Made by a program: the position numbers and the translations under genes | From: a virus | Taxonomy: Duplodnaviria; Caudoviricetes | Reading direction: 5' to 3' (one strand) | Virus record (IMG/VR): IMGVR_UViG_3300044305_000997 | Location: 1-28,722 of that record | Length of the DNA stretch: 28,722 nucleotides | Shown here: piece after piece, positions 8,994 through 16,790 of the stretch | Numbering within the stretch: the first letter of the stretch is position 1 | Layout of the letters: every line of letters starts with the position of its first letter | Notes under the pieces: model-generated | The model's input: only the letters and a program-made list of their open reading frames with translations | Database searches by the model: none | Told to the model about the DNA's origin: nothing

Positions 8994-9288
8994 TCCTGAA
9001 AGTAAGTTTAGTTTATCTCTTAAAGAAGTTGTAGGGGGTATTATAGGCTTGTCTAGTTTGTTTGGTATTTATTTTACTATGCAAAGTAGTATTGCTAATG
9101 CTCAAGAATCTATTGAAGATTTAAAAATAAATTCAGTTCAAAAAGTTGAGTTTACCTTTAAAGATGAATTGATTAGAAATTCGATTGAGAAATCTCAACT
9201 CCAAATAGATAATATTAACTCTAATGTAGAGGAAATTAAAGATGCTGTCAAAAAATTAGATGAGAGGATTTATGAATTAACTAAATAA
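8980..9288 (+). CDS. Single-pass membrane protein with coiled coil
   Basis: Hydrophobic VVGGIIGLSSLFGIYFTM followed by heptads; start moved to ATG 8980 to avoid a long overlap. Confidence 0.65.
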   Translation: MANLNPESKFSLSLKEVVGGIIGLSSLFGIYFTMQSSIANAQESIEDLKINSVQKVEFTFKDELIRNSIEKSQLQIDNINSNVEEIKDAVKKLDERIYELTK

Positions 9289-9290
9289 TA

Positions 9291-9626
9291 ATGAGATGTG
9301 TAACGGTATTTGCCCTTTTTGTAGCGGCTGCGATTAATGCGCAAGTTAAAGACGATATTAGTGTAGTGCAGTTTAGTGCAGAGTTTGTTAAATCAAGCGA
9401 AATCTCATTAAACCCTTTTAAGGATTATAATATTCAAACATTATATCTATCAAAAAATCAAAAAATATTCCAAAAAGAAAAAATTACATCTTTACCAACT
9501 ATTATATTATATAATGATGGAGAAGAAGTATTAAAAATTGATGGCGGAATCTCAATGAAACTGCCTGAAGATAGTATAGAGCAAATAAACGAACATATTA
9601 ACAAAATACTAGAAACAAGATTTTAA
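9291..9626 (+). CDS. Secreted thioredoxin-fold protein lacking CXXC
   Basis: Signal peptide ending NA-Q; VVQFSAEF and ITSLPTIILYNDGEEV match the thioredoxin beta1 and cis-Pro regions. Confidence 0.65.
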   Translation: MRCVTVFALFVAAAINAQVKDDISVVQFSAEFVKSSEISLNPFKDYNIQTLYLSKNQKIFQKEKITSLPTIILYNDGEEVLKIDGGISMKLPEDSIEQINEHINKILETRF

Positions 9627-9673
9627 ATTATGGCACGAAGAAAAAAAGTTAAACAATCAAAAGCAAAACAAGT

Positions 9674-10834
9674 ATGGCAATCAATAAAAGACTATTTCAA
9701 AAATTGTTGGGATTCTGTTTGTTCTTATTGGTAATAAACACCAATGCACAAGTAAACGAATTACCAGAAGATAAAACAAAAGAGATAAAAAAAGGATTTA
9801 AAACAAAAAAATTCTTTAATAGTATCTTTAAGTACAGCACTTTCTATGGAGCTTATTCACAAACAAATGCTATTCAAAATAATCAAACATTTTATGTAGC
9901 ACAAGACAATGAGTTAATAGAAACTACACAAAGAACTCCTGCTGATTTTATGACGACTTATGGCTGGAGGAAACTCGCCAACTTTCAATATGAAGATAGA
10001 AATAGATTTTATATTGGAGACGAAAACAATGCCTCCACTAAAAGCAATATAGGTAATGTAAAAGGGCTTGAGTATTTATTTCAATATTCTACAGGCAGAC
10101 AACAAGGGGATGAATTTGAAAACCAACAAGCGTTTATAAGATACTTAGCTAAATGGTGGCTTATAAAAGGAGAATATAAAAAGAATGAACTAGTTGATCT
10201 TAATTATAAAAGTGCTGAAGCTAGAGCAAGATTTGCAATAGGTAAAAAACTATCTTTAAGTTTAGGATTTGCATATAGGACTTATGATAAAGCCTATGGT
10301 CATAATCCAGTTCAATTATATTTAGAGGATAATATGTGGTGGAATCTAGCTTATGATTATGCAGGACATACGGATAACTTATACCAAATGATTAATCCAT
10401 TTACAAGCGAATCAATGGGTTATGATTATCAATGGTTTAATCAAGACGGCGAATTAATAGCAGCTTCAGATGCAGATTATAGAAACGGGGTCTTTCAAAA
10501 TGTAGTTAATGAATATAACGAGGAACAATTATCAATGATTGGAGGCTTTGAACAAATCTCAGCTATCGCTGGGTTAGACTTCTATCATTACAGAAATAAT
10601 TTCTGGCTACATATTTACGGAAACATTTTACCTTATCACGAATTACTTTCAGGAGATGAAAGATACTCTTATGATAATTTTTATGGTAGTAATGATTACA
10701 TAGATTATTCAGCAGGAGGCGTGCTTGGAATAAGAATAACAAAAAATATAGGTCTCTATGGAGAAATAAACCTCCAGAGATATTGGGATAGGTCTATTAA
10801 AACAATTAGAGCTGGTGTAAATATTAAAATATGA
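9674..10834 (+). CDS. Secreted protein, probable outer-membrane beta-barrel
   Basis: Signal peptide ending NA-Q; Tyr/Trp-rich alternating strands (LSLSLGFAYR, IGLYGEINLQ, IRAGVNIKI-COOH). Confidence 0.55.
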   Translation: MAINKRLFQKLLGFCLFLLVINTNAQVNELPEDKTKEIKKGFKTKKFFNSIFKYSTFYGAYSQTNAIQNNQTFYVAQDNELIETTQRTPADFMTTYGWRKLANFQYEDRNRFYIGDENNASTKSNIGNVKGLEYLFQYSTGRQQGDEFENQQAFIRYLAKWWLIKGEYKKNELVDLNYKSAEARARFAIGKKLSLSLGFAYRTYDKAYGHNPVQLYLEDNMWWNLAYDYAGHTDNLYQMINPFTSESMGYDYQWFNQDGELIAASDADYRNGVFQNVVNEYNEEQLSMIGGFEQISAIAGLDFYHYRNNFWLHIYGNILPYHELLSGDERYSYDNFYGSNDYIDYSAGGVLGIRITKNIGLYGEINLQRYWDRSIKTIRAGVNIKI

Positions 10835-11289
10835 GAATAAGCAAGCATATATCTTATAAGGAAGCAGTACACTCAAACACAGCAAAAAGGCGAGGAATAG
10901 AAAACAAGCCAAATGAAGACCAATTATATAACATGGCTAAAGTAGCTCACAATATATTCGAGCCATTAAGATTATATGTAGGTGGAGCTATTAAAATTAA
11001 TTCATTTTTTAGATCAGAAGAATTAAACAAAGCTATAGGAGGCAGTAGTAAAAGCCAACATTGTCAGGGATGCGCTCTTGATATAGATGATATTTATGGT
11101 CATAAATCTAATTATCAGATGTTTGAATACATTAGAGAAAACTTAGACTTTGACCAGTTAATTTATGAATTTGGAGATGCTGATAATCCTGACTGGGTTC
11201 ATGTTTCTTATGTTAGTTCTAAAGAAAACAGAAATAGAGTATTAAGAGCTGTTAAAAATAATGGTAAAACATCTTATCAAGTATTTTAA
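10831..11289 (+). CDS. Endolysin, peptidase M15 family
   Basis: INSFFRS, SQHCQGCALD (S-x-H-x6-D) and WVHVSY zinc-ligand motifs. Confidence 0.9.
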   Translation: MRISKHISYKEAVHSNTAKRRGIENKPNEDQLYNMAKVAHNIFEPLRLYVGGAIKINSFFRSEELNKAIGGSSKSQHCQGCALDIDDIYGHKSNYQMFEYIRENLDFDQLIYEFGDADNPDWVHVSYVSSKENRNRVLRAVKNNGKTSYQVF

Positions 11290-11441
11290 TGGAGTTTTTT
11301 ATTATATCTCTTTTTCCGACATCTTGTATAGCAGGAATAAATTATTATCCTTCTAATGAAGAATATAACTATAATGAAATGAATATTTATTTATTTGTAA
11401 TACAATTAAAATTTAAGTTCTATGAGCAAGAAAAAATTTAA
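11289..11441 (+). CDS. Small hydrophobic protein (50 aa)
   Basis: TAATG coupling to the endolysin; MEFFIISLFPTSCIAGINYYP... Confidence 0.55.
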   Translation: MEFFIISLFPTSCIAGINYYPSNEEYNYNEMNIYLFVIQLKFKFYEQEKI

Positions 11442-11877
11442 GGATAGTACAGTAGGTAAAATGCTTTTGGGTGCAGCAGGGCTTATTAATCCTACCTTAG
11501 GAAGCGTATTACAAGGTATTACTTCACCCCAAGATGCAATAGCTGAAATTACTAAGGCAGACATTAGTCAAGATGATAAGATTAAATTACAACAATTAAT
11601 ATACGATCAACAGAATAAAGAACTTGAATCTATTACTTCAAGATGGCAAGCAGACTCTATGTCTGATTCTTGGCTTAGTAAGAATGTAAGACCTTTAGTT
11701 TTAGTTTGGTGTATATGTATTTTTTCTTTAGCAGGTATTTTAGATAGTATAGAAGATTTACCTTTTCAAATAAATAGTCTTTGGAACGATACTTTTGAAA
11801 AAGTTATGATGGCTGTTGTTTTAGCTTACTTTGGAGGTCGTACAACCGAAAAAGCAACAAGTTTATTTAAGAAATAA
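11422..11877 (+). CDS. Holin (GTA-type 3TM holin-like)
   Basis: RWQADSMSDSWLSKNVRP motif, hydrophobic segments and YFGGR; next to the endolysin. Confidence 0.75.
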   Translation: MSKKKFKDSTVGKMLLGAAGLINPTLGSVLQGITSPQDAIAEITKADISQDDKIKLQQLIYDQQNKELESITSRWQADSMSDSWLSKNVRPLVLVWCICIFSLAGILDSIEDLPFQINSLWNDTFEKVMMAVVLAYFGGRTTEKATSLFKK

Positions 11878-11939
11878 TGTGTCCTCATTGTATTTTATAT
11901 ATTATAATAGCTTTTATAGTGTTATATAAAAAAAAATAA
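11877..11939 (+). CDS. Possible 20 aa membrane peptide
   Basis: TAATG coupling to the holin; MCPHCILYIIIAFIVLYKKK. Confidence 0.35.
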   Translation: MCPHCILYIIIAFIVLYKKK

Positions 11940-11944
11940 ACCCC

Positions 11945-12020
11945 TATATATATATAATAATAATTATTATTTAATAATAATATATATAAATATATATAAT
12001 ATATAATAAATATATATATA
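11945..12020. other. 76 bp pure A/T tract, candidate replication origin or unwinding element
   Basis: No G or C for 76 nt, at the late/early module boundary. Confidence 0.5.
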
Positions 12021-12063
12021 CACAGCAAAAAACAAAAATTTTTTTTAACTTTACAAAAAAAAC

Positions 12064-12216
12064 ATGAATATTGAAGCTAAAGTCAAAAGACTAGATAATA
12101 CTAAAGACACTAAATACGAAGTATCTATAAAAACCTACAAAGAAAATATTACAGGTGTATTTGAAAAACCAGAATTAAGATACCTTATTCAGCAAATAGA
12201 TAATGCTATAGTATAA
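12064..12216 (+). CDS. Hypothetical protein (50 aa)
   Basis: MNIEAKVKRL...FEKPELRYLIQQIDNAIV; TAATG coupling to the NinG-like gene; TAACTTTA element at 12046-12053. Confidence 0.7.
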   Translation: MNIEAKVKRLDNTKDTKYEVSIKTYKENITGVFEKPELRYLIQQIDNAIV

Positions 12217-12590
12217 TGCCTCGTAAGATTTCCAGAAAAGGACTTATTAAAAAACTAGACAAGTTGTTTAGTATCTATATAAGAACAAGATATGCAATGG
12301 ATGGAATGGTCAGATGTGTAACTTGTAACACTATTAAACATTGGAAAGAGGTAGATGCAGGTCATTTTTGCTCGAGGCGACACTACTCTACTCGATACCA
12401 TCCTACTAATGTACAAACACAATGTAAAAAATGTAATAATTGGGGTGCTGGGGAAAATTATGTCTTTGGTAAGTACCTAGATAAAACCTATGGAATAGGA
12501 ACGGCAGACGAATTAATTAAACTATCTAGACAGATAACTAAGTTTACAGATCAAGACTTAAAAGATATGATTAAACTATACGAAATTTAA
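12216..12590 (+). CDS. ninG: NinG/Rap-like HNH-type recombination endonuclease
   Basis: LDKLFSIYIR, CVTC, DAGHF, NV..QCKKCN. Confidence 0.85.
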   Translation: MPRKISRKGLIKKLDKLFSIYIRTRYAMDGMVRCVTCNTIKHWKEVDAGHFCSRRHYSTRYHPTNVQTQCKKCNNWGAGENYVFGKYLDKTYGIGTADELIKLSRQITKFTDQDLKDMIKLYEI

Positions 12591-12610
12591 AATATTTTTG
12601 TATCTTGCTT

Positions 12611-12665
12611 ATCTGTTTTAGTGTTCTGAAAAGGGGGTTGGTTTCATATCAGCTCCTTTTTTTTT
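12611..12665 (+). ncRNA. Candidate ~55 nt small RNA 2
   Basis: TATCTTGC -7-like element at 12601-12608, a short U-rich segment, then a terminator. Confidence 0.3.
12629..12665 (+). terminator. Intrinsic terminator
   Basis: GGGGGTTGGT-TTCAT-ATCAGCTCCT (several G:U pairs) followed by a T run. Confidence 0.7.
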
Positions 12666-12698
12666 ATTAACAATAGTTAAATATTAAACATTTTTTTA

Positions 12699-12706
12699 TA
12701 TCTTTA
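12699..12706 (+). promoter_or_regulatory. Putative host-sigma -7 element (TATCTTTA), 4 nt before ATG 12711
   Basis: One mismatch to TAnnTTTG; follows a terminator; same spacing as at 13596. Confidence 0.5.
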
Positions 12707-12710
12707 GAAA

Positions 12711-12854
12711 ATGAAAACAAATTATTCACACCAAACAAAAGATTCTTTATTATTAGAATATGAATATAGAATTGAAGCATTATTAAATAAAATAAAAAAT
12801 TTACAAAAACTTATAATGAATTATGAAAAAACAAAAACTAATAGAACTATATAA
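12711..12854 (+). CDS. Small coiled-coil hypothetical protein (47 aa)
   Basis: MKTNYSHQTKDSLLLEYEYRIEALLNKI... Confidence 0.55.
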   Translation: MKTNYSHQTKDSLLLEYEYRIEALLNKIKNLQKLIMNYEKTKTNRTI

Positions 12855-13215
12855 TAAATATCAATTAACTAAAGAAGATGTATTTAATCATCAACATTAT
12901 ATAATAATTACTAGAACAGGAATAGAAAAAATTCAAGCAGTAGAAAATATTCATGTAAAATACGAAGTTATTAATTGTCAACATAATTTTGTTGTAATAA
13001 AAGCAACAGGATATATTAATACAACACCTGTAATGGAAACATTTGGGTCTGCTTTAAAAGGAAAAGAATATAAGGAAGGCAATACTAATTCTTGGTATGT
13101 AACTGAAATGGCTGAAAAAAGAGCATTAAGTAGAGTAATATTAAAGCTTACAGGATTTTATGCTTTAGGGGTATTTGGAGAAGATGAAAGCGAAGATTTT
13201 AAAATAAATAATTAA
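12823..13215 (+). CDS. Probable single-strand annealing protein (Rad52/Sak/Erf-like)
   Basis: EMAEKRALSRVILK motif; directly before the SSB gene. Confidence 0.5.
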   Translation: MKKQKLIELYNKYQLTKEDVFNHQHYIIITRTGIEKIQAVENIHVKYEVINCQHNFVVIKATGYINTTPVMETFGSALKGKEYKEGNTNSWYVTEMAEKRALSRVILKLTGFYALGVFGEDESEDFKINN

Positions 13216-13231
13216 TATAAATAAATAAACA

Positions 13232-13558
13232 ATGACATCAGTAAAAGGAACAATTAAAAAAATTACAGAAGTACAAACTAAAAATGATTTTAGATTTAGA
13301 AAATTAATATTAGATACAGGAGGAGAATATCCTCAAGTGTTAAGTATTGATTTTACACAAAACAACTGTGGCTTACTTGACGCATGGGCGGAAGGAAACG
13401 AAGTAGAAGTCTTATATAATTTAAGAGGCAGAGAATGGGAAAATCCTGAAGGGGTAATTAAATATTTTACTTCTCTTCAAGGATGGAGAATAAAAGAAGA
13501 TAAAGGAGAAGTCAGCACAAATGACCAATCTCCAGACAGAGACGAAATGCCATTTTAA
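13232..13558 (+). CDS. Single-stranded DNA-binding protein (DUF3127-like)
   Basis: YPQ...F.Q, NLRGREW, YFTSLQGWRI; acidic tail ending MPF. Confidence 0.85.
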   Translation: MTSVKGTIKKITEVQTKNDFRFRKLILDTGGEYPQVLSIDFTQNNCGLLDAWAEGNEVEVLYNLRGREWENPEGVIKYFTSLQGWRIKEDKGEVSTNDQSPDRDEMPF

Positions 13559-13562
13559 TAAT

Positions 13563-13594
13563 AAGGGGATAAAGAAATTTATCCTCTTTTTTTT
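13563..13594 (+). terminator. Intrinsic terminator
   Basis: GGGGATAAA-GAAA-TTTATCCTC followed by T8. Confidence 0.8.
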
Positions 13595-13595
13595 A

Positions 13596-13603
13596 TATAT
13601 TTA
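13596..13603 (+). promoter_or_regulatory. Putative host-sigma -7 element (TATATTTA), 4 nt before ATG 13608
   Basis: One mismatch to TAnnTTTG, immediately after the terminator. Confidence 0.45.
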
Positions 13604-13607
13604 AAGA

Positions 13608-14513
13608 ATGCTAATAAACTTTGATGAACACTCAAAAAAACTTAATGATTTTAGACAAGGCAAAGCCCCTGAAGCATTAAAGCTAGGGTATAATGAATTC
13701 GATAATGCTTTTAGGTTTGTGCGCGGACATTTATGTTTTATTCTAGGACATAATAATGTAGGAAAAACTCATTTTACTTTTTATTTAATGTTACTATATG
13801 CTATTAAACATAATTTAAGGTTTTTAATTTTCAGCAGTGAAAACGAACCTTATACAAATATTAAACGTTTAATAGAAATGAGGGAAGGGAAGCCATTAAA
13901 TAAAATAGAACAAAAAGACTATGAAGATTCTTTAAAATTTGTTTATGATCATTTCAAATTTGTTGACTGTAATCGACAATATACATATAAAGAATTATTA
14001 GCTTTAGCAAAATCTATAAAAGATGCTTGGAATTATGATTGTTTGTTAATAGATCCTATTAATTCTTTAAGAAAAGACTTAAGAAATACAAACGGGTATG
14101 AATATAATTATGAACAACTTACTGAAATAAGAATTTTTTGTAAAAAATATAATGTGGCTACATGGATTTGTTGTCACGCCGTTACAGAAGCCTTAAGAAG
14201 AAAACATCCAGCTAATCATACTTATGCGGGGCAGCCTATGCCTCCTAGCAGCGGAGATTCTGAAGGGGGAGCTGTTAATAGTAACCGCGCAGATGAAATG
14301 ATTTGTTTACACCGTTATATATATAGTCCTGATGATTGGATGTATACAAGATTTTATGTATTAAAAGTAAAAGAAATTTCTCTTGGATTTAAACCTACGA
14401 GCTATGAAAGACCTTTAATGTTTAAATCAATATTAAATAATGTAGGCTTTGAGTTAGGTGGAAAAAATTTTGTAACTTATAGAAGTAAAAAACAATCTCA
14501 ATTAAAAATTTGA
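13608..14513 (+). CDS. SF4/DnaB-like replicative helicase (motor domain only)
   Basis: Walker A GHNNVGKT, FSSEN, Walker B LLIDP, H-containing motif 3. Confidence 0.8.
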   Translation: MLINFDEHSKKLNDFRQGKAPEALKLGYNEFDNAFRFVRGHLCFILGHNNVGKTHFTFYLMLLYAIKHNLRFLIFSSENEPYTNIKRLIEMREGKPLNKIEQKDYEDSLKFVYDHFKFVDCNRQYTYKELLALAKSIKDAWNYDCLLIDPINSLRKDLRNTNGYEYNYEQLTEIRIFCKKYNVATWICCHAVTEALRRKHPANHTYAGQPMPPSSGDSEGGAVNSNRADEMICLHRYIYSPDDWMYTRFYVLKVKEISLGFKPTSYERPLMFKSILNNVGFELGGKNFVTYRSKKQSQLKI

Positions 14514-15013
14514 CAACTTTAGAAAAATTATTTGCTAAACATAAGGATTGGATATATACTGTTAGAAGTTTTGGCTGTAGGCCTGAAATAGCAGAGGATA
14601 TTGTTCAAGAAATGTATATAAGAATTAATAGATTAATTAAACAGGAAGGGCTAAATATAAATTATAATAAATCAGAAATTAATTATTTTTATATATATAA
14701 AACATTAAAAACCTTATACGGAGATTTATTAAGAAAAAATAAAAAAATTAAGAAAGTAGATATAAAAGCATTAAATAAATATATACAAGAAGAACAAGAA
14801 GAAGTAAAGGAAATAGATGTAAATAAAAAAATGAAAGAGCTTAATTCAGTTTTACAAACGACTTATTGGTATGATAGAAAAATTTTTGAAATTATATCTA
14901 ATGGGGAAACAATAGCAAATTTATCGCGGAAAACAGGAATATCTTATGCTTCTTTATATAATACATACAGAAATGTTAAAACAATAATTAAAAATAATAT
15001 AGAATGGGACTAG
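14510..15013 (+). CDS. ECF-like RNA polymerase sigma factor (TTG start)
   Basis: Region 2 AEDIVQEMYIR and C-terminal HTH (GETIANLSRKTGISYASLYN); 167 aa. Confidence 0.8.
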   Translation: MTTLEKLFAKHKDWIYTVRSFGCRPEIAEDIVQEMYIRINRLIKQEGLNINYNKSEINYFYIYKTLKTLYGDLLRKNKKIKKVDIKALNKYIQEEQEEVKEIDVNKKMKELNSVLQTTYWYDRKIFEIISNGETIANLSRKTGISYASLYNTYRNVKTIIKNNIEWD

Positions 15014-15135
15014 GGGATTTAATAGAATGGTTTACAAAAAAGACAGGAATCAAATGGCTTGTTGAAAAGATCTGGAGAAAAGACTGCGGATGCGACAAGC
15101 GAAAGGAAAAAGCAAATCAAGTAAAATTATGGTAA
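15004..15135 (+). CDS. Small protein with CGC motif (43 aa), not in ORF track
   Basis: MGLGDLIEWFTKKTGIKWLVEKIWRKDCGCDKRKEKANQVKLW. Confidence 0.7.
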   Translation: MGLGDLIEWFTKKTGIKWLVEKIWRKDCGCDKRKEKANQVKLW

Positions 15136-15341
15136 AAGAAGATTTAAAAAAGTGGAAAAAATTTCAGCAAAGAAAAAAACAAAATATAATTGAAAGAGAT
15201 GGTATTGAATTAATCTGTCGCCTCCATGCTGAAATATTTAACCATAAGTACTATGAACCCTGTACCTGTAGAAAAAAAGAATGGAAAGAGTGGATAAGTG
15301 AAATAAATAACTATATAATAAAAAAATATGCCAATACCTAA
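15129..15341 (+). CDS. Hypothetical protein with PCTC motif
   Basis: Start moved to ATG 15129, overlapping the previous stop. Confidence 0.6.
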   Translation: MVKEDLKKWKKFQQRKKQNIIERDGIELICRLHAEIFNHKYYEPCTCRKKEWKEWISEINNYIIKKYANT

Positions 15342-15468
15342 ACCAAAACAAAACGAAACACGCAGAGACTTTATTCAAAGATGTATGAATGATGTTGTTA
15401 TGATTAATGAATACAAAGACGCTAACCAAAGAGTTGCTGTATGTTCTACTCAATTTAAAAATAAATAG
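15328..15468 (+). CDS. Small hypothetical protein (46 aa), not in ORF track
   Basis: MPIPKPKQNETRRDFIQRCMNDVVMINEYKDANQRVAVCSTQFKNK. Confidence 0.7.
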   Translation: MPIPKPKQNETRRDFIQRCMNDVVMINEYKDANQRVAVCSTQFKNK

Positions 15469-15499
15469 TAAAAAGTTTTTTTATTTATTAACATTTGTT

Positions 15500-15507
15500 T
15501 ATATTTG
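15500..15507 (+). promoter_or_regulatory. Bacteroidota -7 promoter element (TATATTTG)
   Basis: Exact TAnnTTTG in the intergenic gap before a run of small genes. Confidence 0.6.
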
Positions 15508-15534
15508 TATTATATTAATACTAAAACAAACAAA

Positions 15535-15810
15535 ATGAGAAAATTAATAGTAAAAAACATGACAAGTACAAATGGAAATATAATTGCTAATCAGTTTAAA
15601 ATTAGAACACCGAAAGGAGTTTATTTTCAAAGCTATGATTATTTAATAGTATTTATAAATAATAAAGGACAAATATTTTTAGATAAATATTGCTGGGATT
15701 ATTCAACTACGACAGGTAAATATAGAAATCAATTTTTAGGTGAAGATATTAAAGAAACACGTAGAAAAATAAGAAGCAAAGAATATAAACTAAAAGACTT
15801 AAATGAATAA
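15535..15810 (+). CDS. Hypothetical early protein
   Basis: ATG 15535 preferred; ANQF, FQSY, WDYSTTTGKYRNQFL. Confidence 0.7.
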   Translation: MRKLIVKNMTSTNGNIIANQFKIRTPKGVYFQSYDYLIVFINNKGQIFLDKYCWDYSTTTGKYRNQFLGEDIKETRRKIRSKEYKLKDLNE

Positions 15811-15815
15811 AACAG

Positions 15816-15938
15816 ATGAAAATAGATAAAATATATTACTGGAATAAAGAATTAAATACTTACTTACCTTGTGTTTGGAATGAAACCTTTGAATGTTATA
15901 CTCCAGACTTACAGAAAAAATTAACTAAAACAATATGA
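15816..15938 (+). CDS. Small hypothetical protein (40 aa)
   Basis: ATGA coupling to the next ORF. Confidence 0.5.
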   Translation: MKIDKIYYWNKELNTYLPCVWNETFECYTPDLQKKLTKTI

Positions 15939-16069
15939 AAAAATTAATTAGAAAATATTTAAAAATTACTTTAGAAGATTTATTAATAGGATTATTTTTA
16001 ATAATAGTATTATTCTTTGGAACTTTATTTTTTCTAAAGTTAGAATATTTAATTGATCTAGTATTATGA
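15935..16069 (+). CDS. Small membrane protein (44 aa)
   Basis: ATGA overlaps at both ends; one hydrophobic helix. Confidence 0.55.
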   Translation: MKKLIRKYLKITLEDLLIGLFLIIVLFFGTLFFLKLEYLIDLVL

Positions 16070-16278
16070 AAAGAGAAGATCAAAAATTATTATTCCTTTG
16101 CTTATTTTTAATTATAGCAGCAATTAGTATAGTATCATACGAACTAGGAAAAAAACATACTAAAGAAAAACCTCCACAAATAATAGTTGAGTATATAGAT
16201 GACAGGTGCTTATGCGTTAAGTGTGGTAAGCGAGTAAACTTTCAGGAGGTACAATACTTAATACAGGAAATAAAATGA
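16066..16278 (+). CDS. Membrane-anchored protein with CxCxxC
   Basis: N-terminal TM segment; CLCVKCG. Confidence 0.55.
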   Translation: MKREDQKLLFLCLFLIIAAISIVSYELGKKHTKEKPPQIIVEYIDDRCLCVKCGKRVNFQEVQYLIQEIK

Positions 16279-16523
16279 GAAATCTAGGACAGCTCCAGTA
16301 CACTACAGACATGGACTTGGTTCTTAATTTAATTAAGGACAATGACAAGTATAAGGATTTAGAAACACCATTAATTAATATATTCTTTTATGTAAATCAA
16401 TTAGAGTTAGAGCGCAGGTCTTTTGATAATGTCATTGATAAATTAAGAGGAGATAAACTTAGAGCTATTAAACGAGCAAGGAGGGTAGAAGAACAATTAA
16501 ATGAAAAAAAGAAAATTAAATAG
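16275..16523 (+). CDS. Hypothetical coiled-coil protein
   Basis: ATGA overlap; DKLRAIKRAR. Confidence 0.6.
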   Translation: MRNLGQLQYTTDMDLVLNLIKDNDKYKDLETPLINIFFYVNQLELERRSFDNVIDKLRGDKLRAIKRARRVEEQLNEKKKIK

Positions 16524-16635
16524 CAAAAATCCGAAGTATTGGAAGGAGGATAAAAAACAAGAGCCAATAATAAAGGAGAGAAAATTAATAACAAGTACGC
16601 CTAAAATAAAAGCGTATGCTACATTTTTAAAATGA
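16501..16635 (+). CDS. Small basic protein (44 aa)
   Basis: MKKRKLNSKNPKYW...; ATGA coupling downstream. Confidence 0.55.
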   Translation: MKKRKLNSKNPKYWKEDKKQEPIIKERKLITSTPKIKAYATFLK

Positions 16636-16790
16636 ACTATATAGAAACTATATTAATAATTTTTTGTATTCCTCTTTCTTTTTTATTTCATTTAGTAGTT
16701 TATGCTAATTATTGGAAACAAAAAATATTAACCCGCATCATAGTAGGAATAATAATAGTTTTGTTCCCTTTTTTAATTATATTAATATGA
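16632..16790 (+). CDS. Small two-TM membrane protein (52 aa)
   Basis: ATGA overlaps at both ends; two hydrophobic stretches. Confidence 0.55.
   Translation: MNYIETILIIFCIPLSFLFHLVVYANYWKQKILTRIIVGIIIVLFPFLIILI

Noticed and set aside
9291-9626. Redox-active thioredoxin
   Set aside because: There is no CXXC; the only Cys is in the signal peptide.
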